A DNA stretch of 64,000 bases from Flavobacteriales bacterium (GCA_021741155.1 JAIOYP010000002.1:43551-107550), one strand, 5' to 3'. Shown: positions 18,423 to 29,309, counted from the first letter of the stretch. Notes: generated from the sequence alone by a model not told the origin. Made by a program: numbers and translations.

Positions 18423-21400
18423 CCGCCTCAGCGTAAACGTACCGCGATAGATGTGTGGCACGCCCAAAATGTCGATTACCTCCATGTGGTAGATGTAAAC
18501 GCCTTGCTGCACTTGGGTTCCGTTAAAGGTTCCGTCCCAACCCAAATCCAGACTGCCGGAATAGAATATCTCCATATCCCAACGGTTATAGATGGTCATG
18601 CTAAACTCGGCAATGCTTTCGCCTTGCGGAATCCAAGTGTCGTTCAGCCCGTCTTCATTCGGGGTAAAAGCGCCCGGTATGTACAGCGTGTAATGCGGAT
18701 TGACCTCCAACGTGCCAGAGATGGTATCCATACAGCCATGCTGCGTGGTTACAACTTGGGAGATGGAATACCTTCCCGTGTCGGGATAGGTGTAAGAAGT
18801 TTGCATTGCCACCACGTGATCTTCGAACGGATGGAAGGTGAATTCGCTGTTTGCGGCACTATCGCACAGATTGGTCACAATCACGGTTGGGTCGATGATG
18901 TCCAATTGCTGCGAGCTCAAACTGAAAAGTGCTTTCGGCTTGTAGTAAGACTCAATCATGGCATTCTGCACCTTAAAATCGGCACAGCCTTGGGCCGTTA
19001 CCACATCTAACCGAATGTTGTAAACCCCATGCTCGTATGTCATGCCTGGGTCGCTATTGGTGGTAGCTGTTCCATTGCCCAAATTCCATGTGTAATAGAG
19101 CGTGCTGTTTCCATTGAAGGATTGATCTTCGAACGTAACGCTGAGCGGCTCACAGCCTTCCAAAACATCAGCCGTAAACTGCGCATCTGGCATGTGAAAC
19201 ACGTTAATCGTTCCTACAAATGGGTCGCTAACGCAGCCATTATCGGTAATGGTAAGCGTAACTGGCTGTGGCCCCGGGGCATTGAAAATGACGCCTTGCG
19301 GTTGCCTGTTGGTTGAGTTTGCAGGAAATCCCACAGGGCCAAAGTTCCAAGCAAAGGTGGCGTTCGGACCAAAATATCCTTCGGCCAAAAGGTTGAATGA
19401 ATTAACAGGAAAACACTTCCCAGCAGGAATGGCAAACTCGGCCGTAGGTTTTGCAAAGACGGTTACCCGCATGGTATCGCGGCTCTTGCAGCCCTGCTCT
19501 GTGGCAATTAGCACATAATCCAAAACTTGCGTGGTATGCCCGGGATTGATGAGTTCAACGGTGGTTTCGCTCGCGGTAGGATCTGCAACACCATTGATTG
19601 GGCTCCATAGATAGGTAACGCCATTAACGGGTGCAGAACCGATAGGTCCCGAATCGCCCGAGCAGAACGAAATATCGGAACCAGCATCAACAGGAGGCGC
19701 ACCCAAAATCTCAATCTGAGCGGTAGAATTAGCAGAAACACAACCATTCCAAGCCACGGTTAAATCCACATTATAAATTCCTGGCGTTGCCCAATACACC
19801 GCTAACGGACCTATGCCGCTTCCATTGGTGATGATGCCTGTGTCAAAGTTCCATTGATATTGTGCAGCAGCATTGGCGTTGCCTGTGTAATGAACCAAGA
19901 GCGGTGTGCCGACACAACCAAAGGCTGGTAGATTGAAATCGGATGTTGGTGGTGGCGTGATAGTGACTAGAACCGTATCCTCATTCGAACATCCATCTTG
20001 CCTAGTAACCGTTACGATGTATTCCATTGGCCCTTGTGGTGTACACAAAGGATTGGCAACATTTATGGCCGAAAGGTCGGTTGGCGGATTCCAAGAGAAC
20101 GTACTATTTGGTGCGTTTGATGAGGCATTCAGAAGCACGCTCCCACCAATACATACAGACACATCATTCCCCGCAAAAGGCGTGGGGCCACCATCAACCG
20201 TTACGGTTACAAAATCTGTAACGGGCGTTGAACCGCAGTTATCTGAAACAGAAACGTTGTAAACCGTGGTTTGGGTTGGAGCGGGAGAAATGCTGCTTCC
20301 TACACCCATATTATTATCCCATGTATAGGTAAACAGACCTCCACCTCCACTTGCTTCGCACCAAACATTGGCATTGCCAATACAGATGGTGGTATCGTTA
20401 CTGGTTTGTGTGGTGATTGGCAACAGGTCGTTGATGTAGATTCGGAAGGTATCCGTCAACCCACATGTAGATGTAATGACGATAAACTCTATATACTCCA
20501 ACCCTTCCGTTACGTTATCGTTGATGGGCGAAATGACGAAAGAAACGGTGTTCTGCCCAGCCGGAATGGTAACGGTACTATCTGCTTGATTCAACTGCGG
20601 AATGGGATCGTAATCAATTCCCCAATCGGCTGTAGAACCCGAAATCCAAATAGGAACTGGGAAATTCTGCGTAATGGCTGGTCCGTTTAACGTTAACGTA
20701 ACTGTGGCATCGTTACATCCTTCATAAGCCGTAGAATCTGCTGCTGCAGTTGCAGTCTCAACAACCACACTTCCAGTGGTCAAACTATTCTCCTTTACAA
20801 AGCAGCCAGTATCGTAAGATGAATCTCCACCATCCGAAATCATCATTCGTAAATGATAGGTTTCTCCGCAAATAACAGCCATCTCGGCACGGAGCACGGT
20901 AGTGAAACCACCAAAAACCACGTACTGGCTGTTTTGAGCGGTATTGTCAACGAAGTAAGTCGCATTTCCACAACCTTGATTGTTTACCGTTCCGATAGAC
21001 ACAGGAGTAGTTGTTCCAGGCACCAGCGTAATTACCGTCTCGGCCAATGGCACAGAAACTCCCTGAACGGTAATAGCAAAAATGTCATTAAAGAAAGGGT
21101 CGCACGAAAAACTAGGATGCTCCTCTGAACCAAAAACGTAATCAAACGAAACCCAATCAGCGTTAGGAACGAAATCAAACTCTAGCGTTAGTGCATCGTA
21201 GGAATCAATCCCTGCCAAATTTGCCAAATATGGATTTCCTGTTGTTCCGAGAATTGTACTTGCAAAGGTTGTTTGGTTTTGAGAGAAGCCAGTAACCTCT
21301 CCTGTTCCGAAAACAACACCAGAAGGCACGTTCAATCCCGTTGCATTTGCGCCTGTGGTGAACGCGCCAATTGCAAGAGGATCTCCAGAAATGGAGGCAT

Positions 21401-21575
21401 TACTTACCAAAACGCCCGTTCCAGCAATTACCTCGGCAAGTTGCTGAGCAGTTTGCCCTGTTGTTACGGCCATCTGCGCCATCGACTTCTCCGAATAAAC
21501 AGAAAAGCAAAGAATGAAGACGATTAACAGAATGTTTCTCACACAGATTTTTTTCGGGGGAACAAAAATAACCAA
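18420..21575 (-). CDS. large cell-surface protein with a T9SS type-B (gliding-motility-associated) C-terminal domain, PKD repeats and an N-terminal anchor-type domain
   Basis: 1051 aa. The C-terminus YTLYIPGAFTPNEDGLNDTWIPQG ... WDGTFNGTQVQQGVYIYHMEV fits the gliding-motility CTD. The N-terminal ~90 aa are related to the N-terminus of 23901-26018. It has a signal peptide. Confidence 0.8.
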   Translation of the reverse strand: MVIFVPPKKICVRNILLIVFILCFSVYSEKSMAQMAVTTGQTAQQLAEVIAGTGVLVSNASISGDPLAIGAFTTGANATGLNVPSGVVFGTGEVTGFSQNQTTFASTILGTTGNPYLANLAGIDSYDALTLEFDFVPNADWVSFDYVFGSEEHPSFSCDPFFNDIFAITVQGVSVPLAETVITLVPGTTTPVSIGTVNNQGCGNATYFVDNTAQNSQYVVFGGFTTVLRAEMAVICGETYHLRMMISDGGDSSYDTGCFVKENSLTTGSVVVETATAAADSTAYEGCNDATVTLTLNGPAITQNFPVPIWISGSTADWGIDYDPIPQLNQADSTVTIPAGQNTVSFVISPINDNVTEGLEYIEFIVITSTCGLTDTFRIYINDLLPITTQTSNDTTICIGNANVWCEASGGGGLFTYTWDNNMGVGSSISPAPTQTTVYNVSVSDNCGSTPVTDFVTVTVDGGPTPFAGNDVSVCIGGSVLLNASSNAPNSTFSWNPPTDLSAINVANPLCTPQGPMEYIVTVTRQDGCSNEDTVLVTITPPPTSDFNLPAFGCVGTPLLVHYTGNANAAAQYQWNFDTGIITNGSGIGPLAVYWATPGIYNVDLTVAWNGCVSANSTAQIEILGAPPVDAGSDISFCSGDSGPIGSAPVNGVTYLWSPINGVADPTASETTVELINPGHTTQVLDYVLIATEQGCKSRDTMRVTVFAKPTAEFAIPAGKCFPVNSFNLLAEGYFGPNATFAWNFGPVGFPANSTNRQPQGVIFNAPGPQPVTLTITDNGCVSDPFVGTINVFHMPDAQFTADVLEGCEPLSVTFEDQSFNGNSTLYYTWNLGNGTATTNSDPGMTYEHGVYNIRLDVVTAQGCADFKVQNAMIESYYKPKALFSLSSQQLDIIDPTVIVTNLCDSAANSEFTFHPFEDHVVAMQTSYTYPDTGRYSISQVVTTQHGCMDTISGTLEVNPHYTLYIPGAFTPNEDGLNDTWIPQGESIAEFSMTIYNRWDMEIFYSGSLDLGWDGTFNGTQVQQGVYIYHMEVIDILGVPHIYRGTFTLRR

Positions 21576-21590
21576 AACCTAAGGGTCTAG

Positions 21591-23765
21591 TTATTTTAGG
21601 ATGATTACGTGGCCAGATTCTTTAATTATGAGGTCTCTAATGGCAACAGCCGATATTCGATACGAATAGACGGCTGGGACTGGTTCGTGGTTGCCTTCAT
21701 TATTTAGAGTGCCATCCCATTTCTCAAATGGATCGGTAGAATGAAACATCTGTTTGCCCCATCTGTCGAACACCCAAAGCTCATAAACTCTAAATCCATA
21801 AGCCTTTGGGCCCCAGGTGTCATTAATCCTATCACCATTGGGTGTAAAAGCGTTGGGAATGTAGAATCGGATTTCTGGCTCCACCCGAATCAGTACCGAG
21901 TCCTTCGTTTCGCAGCCGTTGGCATCGGTAAAAGTCATCACTGCATCATACCTTCCGGTATCTAAATACGTGTATTCGTATGCGCACATTGGCACGTTCC
22001 CAGAAAAAATGGTTCCATCGCCCGTGGCAAGCGAACACTCAACCGCATCCGTAGAAGTTCCCTCAAAATTGAAGGTTGGCTCAAAGATGTAATGGAAATT
22101 GGTGTCTACAGTAAGTTCTCCGTTTGGAATGGGAAATGTCTCCACGATTTGCCGTAAGGTGTATGTGGAGGTGTCAACGCATCCTTCATTTGTCCAAATG
22201 GTAAGCGAAATATCGAAGGAGCCAGTGGTAGTGTATTCGTGCAGAATATGACTTCCCACATCGGTGCTTCCATCTCCCAAATTCCAAGAAATTTCATAGT
22301 CGGTGGCGGAGGTGGAATTATCTACCAGCAACACACCCAAGGGTGCACAGCCAATCAGTGTATCCAGCGGAAAAAAGGCTTGCGGACGAGGTAAGGTTTC
22401 GATGGTTGAAGTGGCTTCGCCCGAACAACTGTTCTCCGTCACTGTCACGGTAACCGAATAAACTCCGAGGGAATCAAAGACGATTCCAATTGGATTTCTG
22501 TCGGTTGAAGTTGCTGGAGTTGCATTAGAGAATTCCCACAGAAAGGTTGATCCACCGCCAAACTGCCCGTTGGCTTCAAACCTAAAATTGTTGGCATCTG
22601 CACACGGATTGCCGCTGCTGGTAATGTCCACTACAATCTCTTCATACACCTCTATAATGGCAACCGCTGTATCGGCACAGGCATAACCCGGATTTCCAAT
22701 AAGCGTCACTGAATAAGCACCCGTATCAGGAAAAAGATAGGTCGGATTGTGAATATTGGACGTATCGGTGGTGATGTTAGCCACACCAAAATCCCAATGG
22801 TAATACTGCGTATTGATGCTGTTGTTTCCGAAGGTCACTCCCAACCCACTGCATGGGTCGTGAAAGGAGGTCTGGATTGGGATTACCGCCTCCACATTTG
22901 AGGCGCAATTCACCACGTTGAATTGAAAATCGCGCTTGTTGATGCTCAAAAGCTGACCGTTCCGGTATTCTTCCACGCAAACACCAACCACATATTGCCC
23001 AGCTTGTGTTGGCACTCCGGTCAGTTGTCCCGTTACGGGGTCAATGGCCAAAATCGGACTGGCATCAAGCGGATCCATAGCACTGTAACCTCCGCCCCAA
23101 TTGATATTAGTGTACGGAGGACCAAGAGGCGGAATTGGTGCCGGATTGGCCTGCGAACCGCCATGATAAGGCGTGCAAAGTGAATAGACCAATTGGTCGC
23201 CATCTGGGTCGGTGGCAGAATGATTGAAAATCAATTCTTCGCCAATACACAGCGCCAAGGGCGGAAAGCTGTTAAAGTGCGGACTGCTGTTGCAGGAGTT
23301 CAAAGCAGCTTCTGGAATGGCTACATAATAAGTGGAGCCCTGCGAAGCAGGATTAGTTAGATTGACAATACTCTGGTTTCGGCAGCAACGCTGATAAGCC
23401 ACATGATATCCTCCAGCGATGAACGGAAGATTGACCGTGACGGTGTAAACCGCTTCTTCAACACACACATTTGGTGGTGCTTGCAAGCAAGGATTGTTGA
23501 TGATGACAGGAAGCAATTGTGCGCCTCCATGAAACGCATCTAACGTAGTGAACAAACCACCGTTGGAAGTGTAAATGGCGATGCTTGCTGGACTATCAAA
23601 CGGAGCGCCCGAACTATTGCAATCTCGATAGACTTTGAGGGTTATCTGGTAATTATCGTTGCCCAGACATTCATAATAGATTTCTCCTCCCACCAGATGA
23701 TCGCCCTTGGAGATGAGGGGTATCGAAAGGATGGTAAAAAGGAAAATGAGAAACCTCCTGAACAA
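21591..23765 (-). CDS. cell-surface protein with a T9SS type-B C-terminal domain
   Basis: 724 aa. The C-terminus is FYIPNAFTPNGDRINDTWGP ... FDRWGKQMFHS ... WDGT. The N-terminal domain is Cys-rich, and it has a signal peptide. Confidence 0.8.
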   Translation of the reverse strand: MFRRFLIFLFTILSIPLISKGDHLVGGEIYYECLGNDNYQITLKVYRDCNSSGAPFDSPASIAIYTSNGGLFTTLDAFHGGAQLLPVIINNPCLQAPPNVCVEEAVYTVTVNLPFIAGGYHVAYQRCCRNQSIVNLTNPASQGSTYYVAIPEAALNSCNSSPHFNSFPPLALCIGEELIFNHSATDPDGDQLVYSLCTPYHGGSQANPAPIPPLGPPYTNINWGGGYSAMDPLDASPILAIDPVTGQLTGVPTQAGQYVVGVCVEEYRNGQLLSINKRDFQFNVVNCASNVEAVIPIQTSFHDPCSGLGVTFGNNSINTQYYHWDFGVANITTDTSNIHNPTYLFPDTGAYSVTLIGNPGYACADTAVAIIEVYEEIVVDITSSGNPCADANNFRFEANGQFGGGSTFLWEFSNATPATSTDRNPIGIVFDSLGVYSVTVTVTENSCSGEATSTIETLPRPQAFFPLDTLIGCAPLGVLLVDNSTSATDYEISWNLGDGSTDVGSHILHEYTTTGSFDISLTIWTNEGCVDTSTYTLRQIVETFPIPNGELTVDTNFHYIFEPTFNFEGTSTDAVECSLATGDGTIFSGNVPMCAYEYTYLDTGRYDAVMTFTDANGCETKDSVLIRVEPEIRFYIPNAFTPNGDRINDTWGPKAYGFRVYELWVFDRWGKQMFHSTDPFEKWDGTLNNEGNHEPVPAVYSYRISAVAIRDLIIKESGHVIILK

Positions 23766-23805
23766 TTGGTTATTAGGTTAGCAGTTATTGGATATTGACG
23801 GATTC

Positions 23806-23828
23806 TTAGTGAGACCTTTCGTTCCTCA
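23806..23828. repeat. fragment of the MITE internal stem (gagacctttcgttcctcaggg)
   Basis: It matches the 21-bp stem of the MITE family and lies in the intergenic spacer between two adhesin genes. Confidence 0.5.
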
Positions 23829-23900
23829 GGGTTACAACCTGGGAATCCCCGCGTTTTCCCATGCCTCTTGTCCCTTGTCTCTTGTCTCTCGCCCCTTCAA

Positions 23901-26018
23901 TTACTCCCCAGAAAGCACGTGCAGTAAGCCCGTTTCCCTCACCTCAATGCCAATTGGCGGTTCTACCCACACGTGATAGACATACGCACCGCTCGGCACC
24001 AACTTTCCGTTGTACGTTCCGTCCCAAGCTGTATCGTCCTTGAACCGACCGAACTTCATCTTGTTGCCCCACCTGTCAAATATCTCCAAATCGTAATAAA
24101 GGTAACCCTCTCCTTGAATTCCGAAAACATCATTTACACCATCGCCATTTGGCGTAAAGGCATTTGGAATGTACACGTGAAGTGGCGGATAGACAGTAAC
24201 GGTGTCTTCAACGAACGACTGGCAGCCGTTGCTGTTTGTAACCGTGAGGATAACGGGATACGTGCCTTCTTCGGCATATTCGTGCAACGGAGATTCGCGG
24301 ATGCTGGTCTCGCCATCTCCAAAATCCCAATTGAAATTGGTAGCGCCAACGGTGGTATTGGTGAACTGAATAGTGCTATGTTTTACGAGCTGATGCGTGA
24401 ACGAAGCATCCAATTCTTCTACTGTAACTGTGGCCGTGGTAGATTCAGAAATACCGCAACCGTCCGTAACCTGAAGTGCAACAGACACGGTACTTGTTGG
24501 ACTTAATGAATACGTTGGGTCAGTTCCGTTCCCATCCCAGAGGTAGGTTATGCTACCTATTCCGCCTGTTACGTTTGAGGTCAAAAGCGCATCATCGCCA
24601 TTGCAAACCACTACATCAGCCGCAGAAACCTGCATTTGCTGGTAATTGACCGAAATGGTACTGGTGGCAGTAGAGATAAAGCCGCAAGCATCGGTTACAA
24701 TCACCGTGTAATTGGTGGTGGTGTATGGATTAACTGTGATAGACTCATCCGTATCAGCTGCACCATTCCATTGATACTCATAAACAGGATAGCCCCCCGA
24801 AACAACCACATCAATCGTGCTCGGAGTGGGGCAAGCCAAGGCCAAGCTTGGTGTAATCTGCAACACCATTGGCTCTACATCTTGAATGGTGATGGTTACA
24901 GAAGAAGCAGGCCCCGAACTGCAAGGATTTAGCTGGTCGAGGGCAATTGTCAATGTTTCTATTCCTTCAACAGCACCATCTTGAACAATATTGAACGTAA
25001 TGCTGGTAGTGCCCTGTCCAGCAGGAAATGTGATGGTATTGGGAATATTGGTCACATCAGCACCAACCGTAACCGTACCGCTGAAATTCAACCCAACGGT
25101 CAAAGGTGCATCAAACGGTTCGGAACGCTCAAACGTGAGACTCATGGAACTGCAGCCTTCTACCAAATCAAGCGATCCAGTTGTAGAGGTATAATTCGTC
25201 TCCGCACTCAAACTTACCGTAGGGCTCGAAAAACTTCCCGCTTCTAGAAAAACTGCACTATCGTAGGTTCCATCACCTCCATCGGCAATGGCCAAACGGA
25301 TATGATACGATTGGCACGAAGTAAGAACGACTTGCGCTGTTAGCACCCGAGTAAATCCATTGTAGTTAACGGATGCACCACCTTGCTCGCCAGCATCATC
25401 GCCATTATCGATATAATACTGAGAATTGGTGTTGGCATTCACATTGAGCATAGTTATGGGCGTGGTAGTGCCCGGAAGTTGCGCAATATTTTGCTCGCCA
25501 ACAATCCCTGGTCCACTCACAAAAAAGGCGAATACATCGTTGATATTGTTGGTCGGATTGACCCAAAACATGTACTCATTGGAGGCAAAAACATAGCGGA
25601 ACTGAACCGTATCGGAAGAAGGAATGAAATCAAACTCCAAGACGGAAGCATCGTGTGTTCCGAGCGATGAGGCAGAAATGGCAGAAAGCGCGGCATCTCC
25701 CGGACGCATAAAATCGGTTCCTTCTTCGGAGATAGAGCCCGCAGTAGTTGAATTTGGCCCCACAGCATCAATGGCGCGACCAGTAGAAAGAATTACTCCC
25801 GATGCCAAACCAATGTTAGAATTAGCCCCGTCAAAGAACCCTCGCGAAGCAGGATTACCCGTAAACTGGAAGTTACTTACCTGCACTCCTTGTCCAATCA
25901 ATACATCTTCCACCAATTGCTGTGGCGAATAGGTGGCATCCACCACCAACTGCGCATGGACAGACATACCAAAAAGGCACGCCACAAGCATCAGATAGAA
26001 TGAACGGAACAACTTCAT
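23901..26018 (-). CDS. cell-surface protein with a T9SS type-B C-terminal domain and a PKD domain
   Basis: 705 aa. The C-terminus is VYIPNAFTPNGDGVNDVFGIQG ... FDRWGNKM ... WDGTYNGKLVPSGAYVYHV. A PKD signature (NWDFGDGETS) is present. The N-terminus is paralogous to 18420-21575. Confidence 0.8.
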   Translation of the reverse strand: MKLFRSFYLMLVACLFGMSVHAQLVVDATYSPQQLVEDVLIGQGVQVSNFQFTGNPASRGFFDGANSNIGLASGVILSTGRAIDAVGPNSTTAGSISEEGTDFMRPGDAALSAISASSLGTHDASVLEFDFIPSSDTVQFRYVFASNEYMFWVNPTNNINDVFAFFVSGPGIVGEQNIAQLPGTTTPITMLNVNANTNSQYYIDNGDDAGEQGGASVNYNGFTRVLTAQVVLTSCQSYHIRLAIADGGDGTYDSAVFLEAGSFSSPTVSLSAETNYTSTTGSLDLVEGCSSMSLTFERSEPFDAPLTVGLNFSGTVTVGADVTNIPNTITFPAGQGTTSITFNIVQDGAVEGIETLTIALDQLNPCSSGPASSVTITIQDVEPMVLQITPSLALACPTPSTIDVVVSGGYPVYEYQWNGAADTDESITVNPYTTTNYTVIVTDACGFISTATSTISVNYQQMQVSAADVVVCNGDDALLTSNVTGGIGSITYLWDGNGTDPTYSLSPTSTVSVALQVTDGCGISESTTATVTVEELDASFTHQLVKHSTIQFTNTTVGATNFNWDFGDGETSIRESPLHEYAEEGTYPVILTVTNSNGCQSFVEDTVTVYPPLHVYIPNAFTPNGDGVNDVFGIQGEGYLYYDLEIFDRWGNKMKFGRFKDDTAWDGTYNGKLVPSGAYVYHVWVEPPIGIEVRETGLLHVLSGE

Positions 26019-26126
26019 TTATTCGGGTGGGCAAAGATAAACAAGCGAATCACCACGCTTGAACTCCATTCGGGCTCAGATGTTTCGCAGACATTAAAAA
26101 CTAATTTTGGCCGCCTAAACACGCTC

Positions 26127-27503
26127 ATGATGAATCTGAATACAGTTGACAAATACATTGAATCGAACAAGGATCGTTTCTTGGATGAACTTATAGACTT
26201 GCTGAAGGTTCCTTCGGTGAGCGCTGACCCTGCGTTTAGCAAAGACGTTCACCGTGCTGCCGAGTTGCTAGCTTCAAGGCTGAAGGAAATTGGCATTGAT
26301 AAGGTGGAGATTTGCCCAACGGCTGGCTACCCAATCGTTTACGGAGAGAAAATAGTGGATGAGAAACTGCCAACCGTGCTTGTTTATGGCCACTACGATG
26401 TACAACCTGCTGATCCTATTGAATTGTGGACTTCGCCTCCATTTGAGCCTGTGATTAAAGACGGAAAAATTTATGCCCGTGGCGCATGCGATGACAAAGG
26501 TCAGATGTACATGCACGTGAAAGCGGTGGAGTTGATGATGAAAACCGATGGACTTCCGTGCAACGTGAAGTTTATGATTGAAGGAGAAGAAGAAGTTGGT
26601 TCGGATAACCTTGGCCTGTTTGTAAAGGCAAACAAGGAGCGTTTGAAAGCTGATTTGGTGCTTATTTCCGACACGGGAATGATTGCCAATGATGTTCCTT
26701 CCATTACAGTAGGACTTCGCGGACTGAGCTACATTCAAGTAGAAGTAACGGGTCCAAAGCGCGACCTCCACTCTGGATTGTATGGCGGAGCGGTTGGCAA
26801 TCCAATCAATGTGCTGTGCGACATGATTGCTTCGTTGCAAGATGAGAACAAGAGAATTACCATTCCGGGATTCTATGATGGTGTGATTGAAGTAAGCGCG
26901 GATGAACGCGCGCAAATGGCAAAAGCGCCTTTCAGCGAAGCGGAATACTGCAAAGAACTGGACATGAAAGCCACGCAAGGTGAGGCAGGCTATTCTACCT
27001 TGGAGCGTGCTACCATTCGTCCAACATTAGATGTAAACGGCATTTGGGGTGGCTATACTGGCGAAGGCGCTAAGACCGTTCTTCCGTCAAAGGCTTACGC
27101 TAAGATTTCGTGCCGATTGGTACCGGGACAAAACCCAGACAAGATTACCAAGCTGTTGCTGAGTCATATTGAAGGCATGGCACCCGATTCGGTAAAGGTG
27201 AAAGTGAAGCCACACCATGGCGGACAACCTTACCTCACTCCGACCAACTTTACGGGTTACCAAGCGGCTCACAAAGCCATGGAAACCACTTTTGGTAAAG
27301 CACCCCTGCCAATGCGAAGCGGTGGTAGTATTCCAATCGTTGCCATGTTTGAAGAAGAACTCGGTTTGAAATCTGTGCTGATGGGCTTTGGATTGGATTC
27401 CGATGCCATTCACTCGCCAAACGAGCACTTCGGCATTTTCAATTACCTCAAAGGCATTCAGACCATTCCGTTCTTTTATCAGAACTTGGCTGATTTGAGT
27501 TGA
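26127..27503 (+). CDS. M20-family metallopeptidase (dipeptidase/ArgE/DapE-like)
   Basis: 458 aa. The N-terminal ~90 aa (conserved VYGHYDVQPADP region) and the overall length are M20/dipeptidase-like. Confidence 0.7.
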   Translation: MMNLNTVDKYIESNKDRFLDELIDLLKVPSVSADPAFSKDVHRAAELLASRLKEIGIDKVEICPTAGYPIVYGEKIVDEKLPTVLVYGHYDVQPADPIELWTSPPFEPVIKDGKIYARGACDDKGQMYMHVKAVELMMKTDGLPCNVKFMIEGEEEVGSDNLGLFVKANKERLKADLVLISDTGMIANDVPSITVGLRGLSYIQVEVTGPKRDLHSGLYGGAVGNPINVLCDMIASLQDENKRITIPGFYDGVIEVSADERAQMAKAPFSEAEYCKELDMKATQGEAGYSTLERATIRPTLDVNGIWGGYTGEGAKTVLPSKAYAKISCRLVPGQNPDKITKLLLSHIEGMAPDSVKVKVKPHHGGQPYLTPTNFTGYQAAHKAMETTFGKAPLPMRSGGSIPIVAMFEEELGLKSVLMGFGLDSDAIHSPNEHFGIFNYLKGIQTIPFFYQNLADLS

Positions 27504-27545
27504 GAGAAGGGAAAAAGAAAAAGGTGAAAAGGAAAAACGTGTGCG

Positions 27546-27585
27546 AGACCTACTAGGTTTCAAAAAAACCTAGTAGGTCTTTTTA
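27546..27585. terminator. Rho-independent terminator after the M20 peptidase gene
   Basis: The hairpin is agacctactaggttt-caaaaaa-acctagtaggtct, followed by ttttt. Confidence 0.7.
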
Positions 27586-27594
27586 GATTAACAA

Positions 27595-28413
27595 ATGAAT
27601 TTCACTAGGCTTTCCATTCTGCTTGCGTTGCTTTCTTTCGCCTTGCTCTTTTCGGGCTGCGAGAAGGAACCGCTTACCGAATTCCCGATGGATGCAGATG
27701 GAACGCTGACGGATGTTGCTGATTTCAGAATCGTTTCTTACAACATTCATGGTGGTACTGGTCCGAACGGAGAAGGTAATCTGACCGACAACCTCACTGC
27801 TTTCCGTGGCATGTTGCAGGGAGAATCCATCATCTGCTTGCAGGAAGTGGTACCCGATTGTTGGAACCAAGTGAAGGCCGTTTTCTCCGATTACCCGTAC
27901 CGCTATTTTCTGCCGCAGACTTCTACCAAATTTGGCACGCACAAAGAAGGCGGCAATGCCATTCTATCCAAGTTTCCTATTCAGGCATACGACCAACAGT
28001 TGATTCAGACTGACCCCGAAGGCGATAAATGGGAGCGCAAAGCGCAGTATGTGCGCATTTATATTGGCAAGGACAATCAGTACCTCAACCTCTTCCATTA
28101 CCACAACACCTACAATTGGCACAACGATAATTCTGCTTCGGAACGGGCGGGCTTTGAGAAGTTTGTGGCGTTTGTTACCTCCATGAATATCGATACTGCG
28201 GAAATGACCGTGCAAATGGGCGATTTCAACATCAGCCAATCACAAGTAAACGCCATCATCGCTACCGATGATTTCCCGTATTCGCAATCAAGCTGGGTAG
28301 ATCACATCTACTCCAACCGTGTGCTTTTAACGAAAGGCGAATACGATACGTTCGGCAATCTGCTTTCCGACCACAATGCCGTTTGGGCGGTGGTTTGTAA
28401 TGAGGGGTGTTGA
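27595..28413 (+). CDS. endonuclease/exonuclease/phosphatase (EEP) family lipoprotein
   Basis: The lipobox is LLFSGC. The EEP motifs include FRIVSYNIHGG and a C-terminal SDHNAVW. Confidence 0.65.
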   Translation: MNFTRLSILLALLSFALLFSGCEKEPLTEFPMDADGTLTDVADFRIVSYNIHGGTGPNGEGNLTDNLTAFRGMLQGESIICLQEVVPDCWNQVKAVFSDYPYRYFLPQTSTKFGTHKEGGNAILSKFPIQAYDQQLIQTDPEGDKWERKAQYVRIYIGKDNQYLNLFHYHNTYNWHNDNSASERAGFEKFVAFVTSMNIDTAEMTVQMGDFNISQSQVNAIIATDDFPYSQSSWVDHIYSNRVLLTKGEYDTFGNLLSDHNAVWAVVCNEGC

Positions 28414-28439
28414 GATGGGCAGACGATTGCCGTGACCAA

Positions 28440-29303
28440 TTACAATTCAACCCAATTGATGACCACGATCATTTGCACATCTACCGGATATGGTCCAAAC
28501 GAAGGACTTGGTGGTATTTGCACTATAGCCCCTGTAGTGCTGCTATTCTGAGCGCCCTCTAAGGTGAACTGCTTACTGCTTCCAGCAGTGGAGATGGGAA
28601 TAAGGGCAGTTATCGGTAGAGTGATGTTCGACTTATCGGATATCGCCATTCCTCTAAATGGAACCGGCATAATGGTCTGTCCATCATATTTCAGATACAA
28701 ATCCACATCAGACTGACCAAAATCCAAGCCGTTATCTGTTGCTACTGATGGAAATTCAAAATCTAGATTTACATATCCGTTCATCATAATGGTGCGACCA
28801 CCTTTCCAGTCGGCCGTGGTGGATAGAATGGTCTCAGAGTTTCCTCCGTTAAGATCACCTTGCCAAGTATAGTTCATCACGTAATCGCCATCGGCATAAT
28901 GCTCCACTTTATCGGCATAGAGAGCATAGGGTACACTCAACAGTTCGCTGATACCCGAAATGGTGTACGTGGTTTCTCCGTTAGGGTCTATCTCGCGCTT
29001 CAGAAGATACGGGCCATTGGCCCAGTCTATTTGGGAGAAATCTCCATCGACCACCGTTCCGCCTCCTATGGCCACCGACACAAGACCGTTGTCGTTGGTG
29101 GTGGGTGTCTGCGTTTCTACATAGACAACCGTTTGATTGATATCATCCCGAATGATACTGAGCTGCATACCAATGGTTTGGTTGGTAACCAGTTGGTCGC
29201 CCGCATCGCGGATTACGGCTTGATAGCTCATCTTAGAAGGTGCTTGGGCAAAAGCTCCAGTAAGGGTCAAAACGGTCACGCAAAGGGTCAGTAGTGTTTT
29301 CAT
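28440..29303 (-). CDS. secreted hypothetical protein
   Basis: Signal peptide MKTLLTLCVTVLTLTGAFAQA. No family recognised. Confidence 0.5.
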   Translation of the reverse strand: MKTLLTLCVTVLTLTGAFAQAPSKMSYQAVIRDAGDQLVTNQTIGMQLSIIRDDINQTVVYVETQTPTTNDNGLVSVAIGGGTVVDGDFSQIDWANGPYLLKREIDPNGETTYTISGISELLSVPYALYADKVEHYADGDYVMNYTWQGDLNGGNSETILSTTADWKGGRTIMMNGYVNLDFEFPSVATDNGLDFGQSDVDLYLKYDGQTIMPVPFRGMAISDKSNITLPITALIPISTAGSSKQFTLEGAQNSSTTGAIVQIPPSPSFGPYPVDVQMIVVINWVEL

Positions 29304-29309
29304 GGGGTA

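Noticed and set aside
18453-21527. Several 80-185-aa ORFs inside the adhesin genes (for example 18453-19010 and 20271-20690).
   Set aside because: They are antisense or alternative-frame ORFs within long, motif-rich T9SS cargo genes and have no independent support.
26274-26978. A 234-aa minus-strand ORF.
   Set aside because: It is antisense within the M20 peptidase gene, His/Arg-rich and low complexity, so it is spurious.
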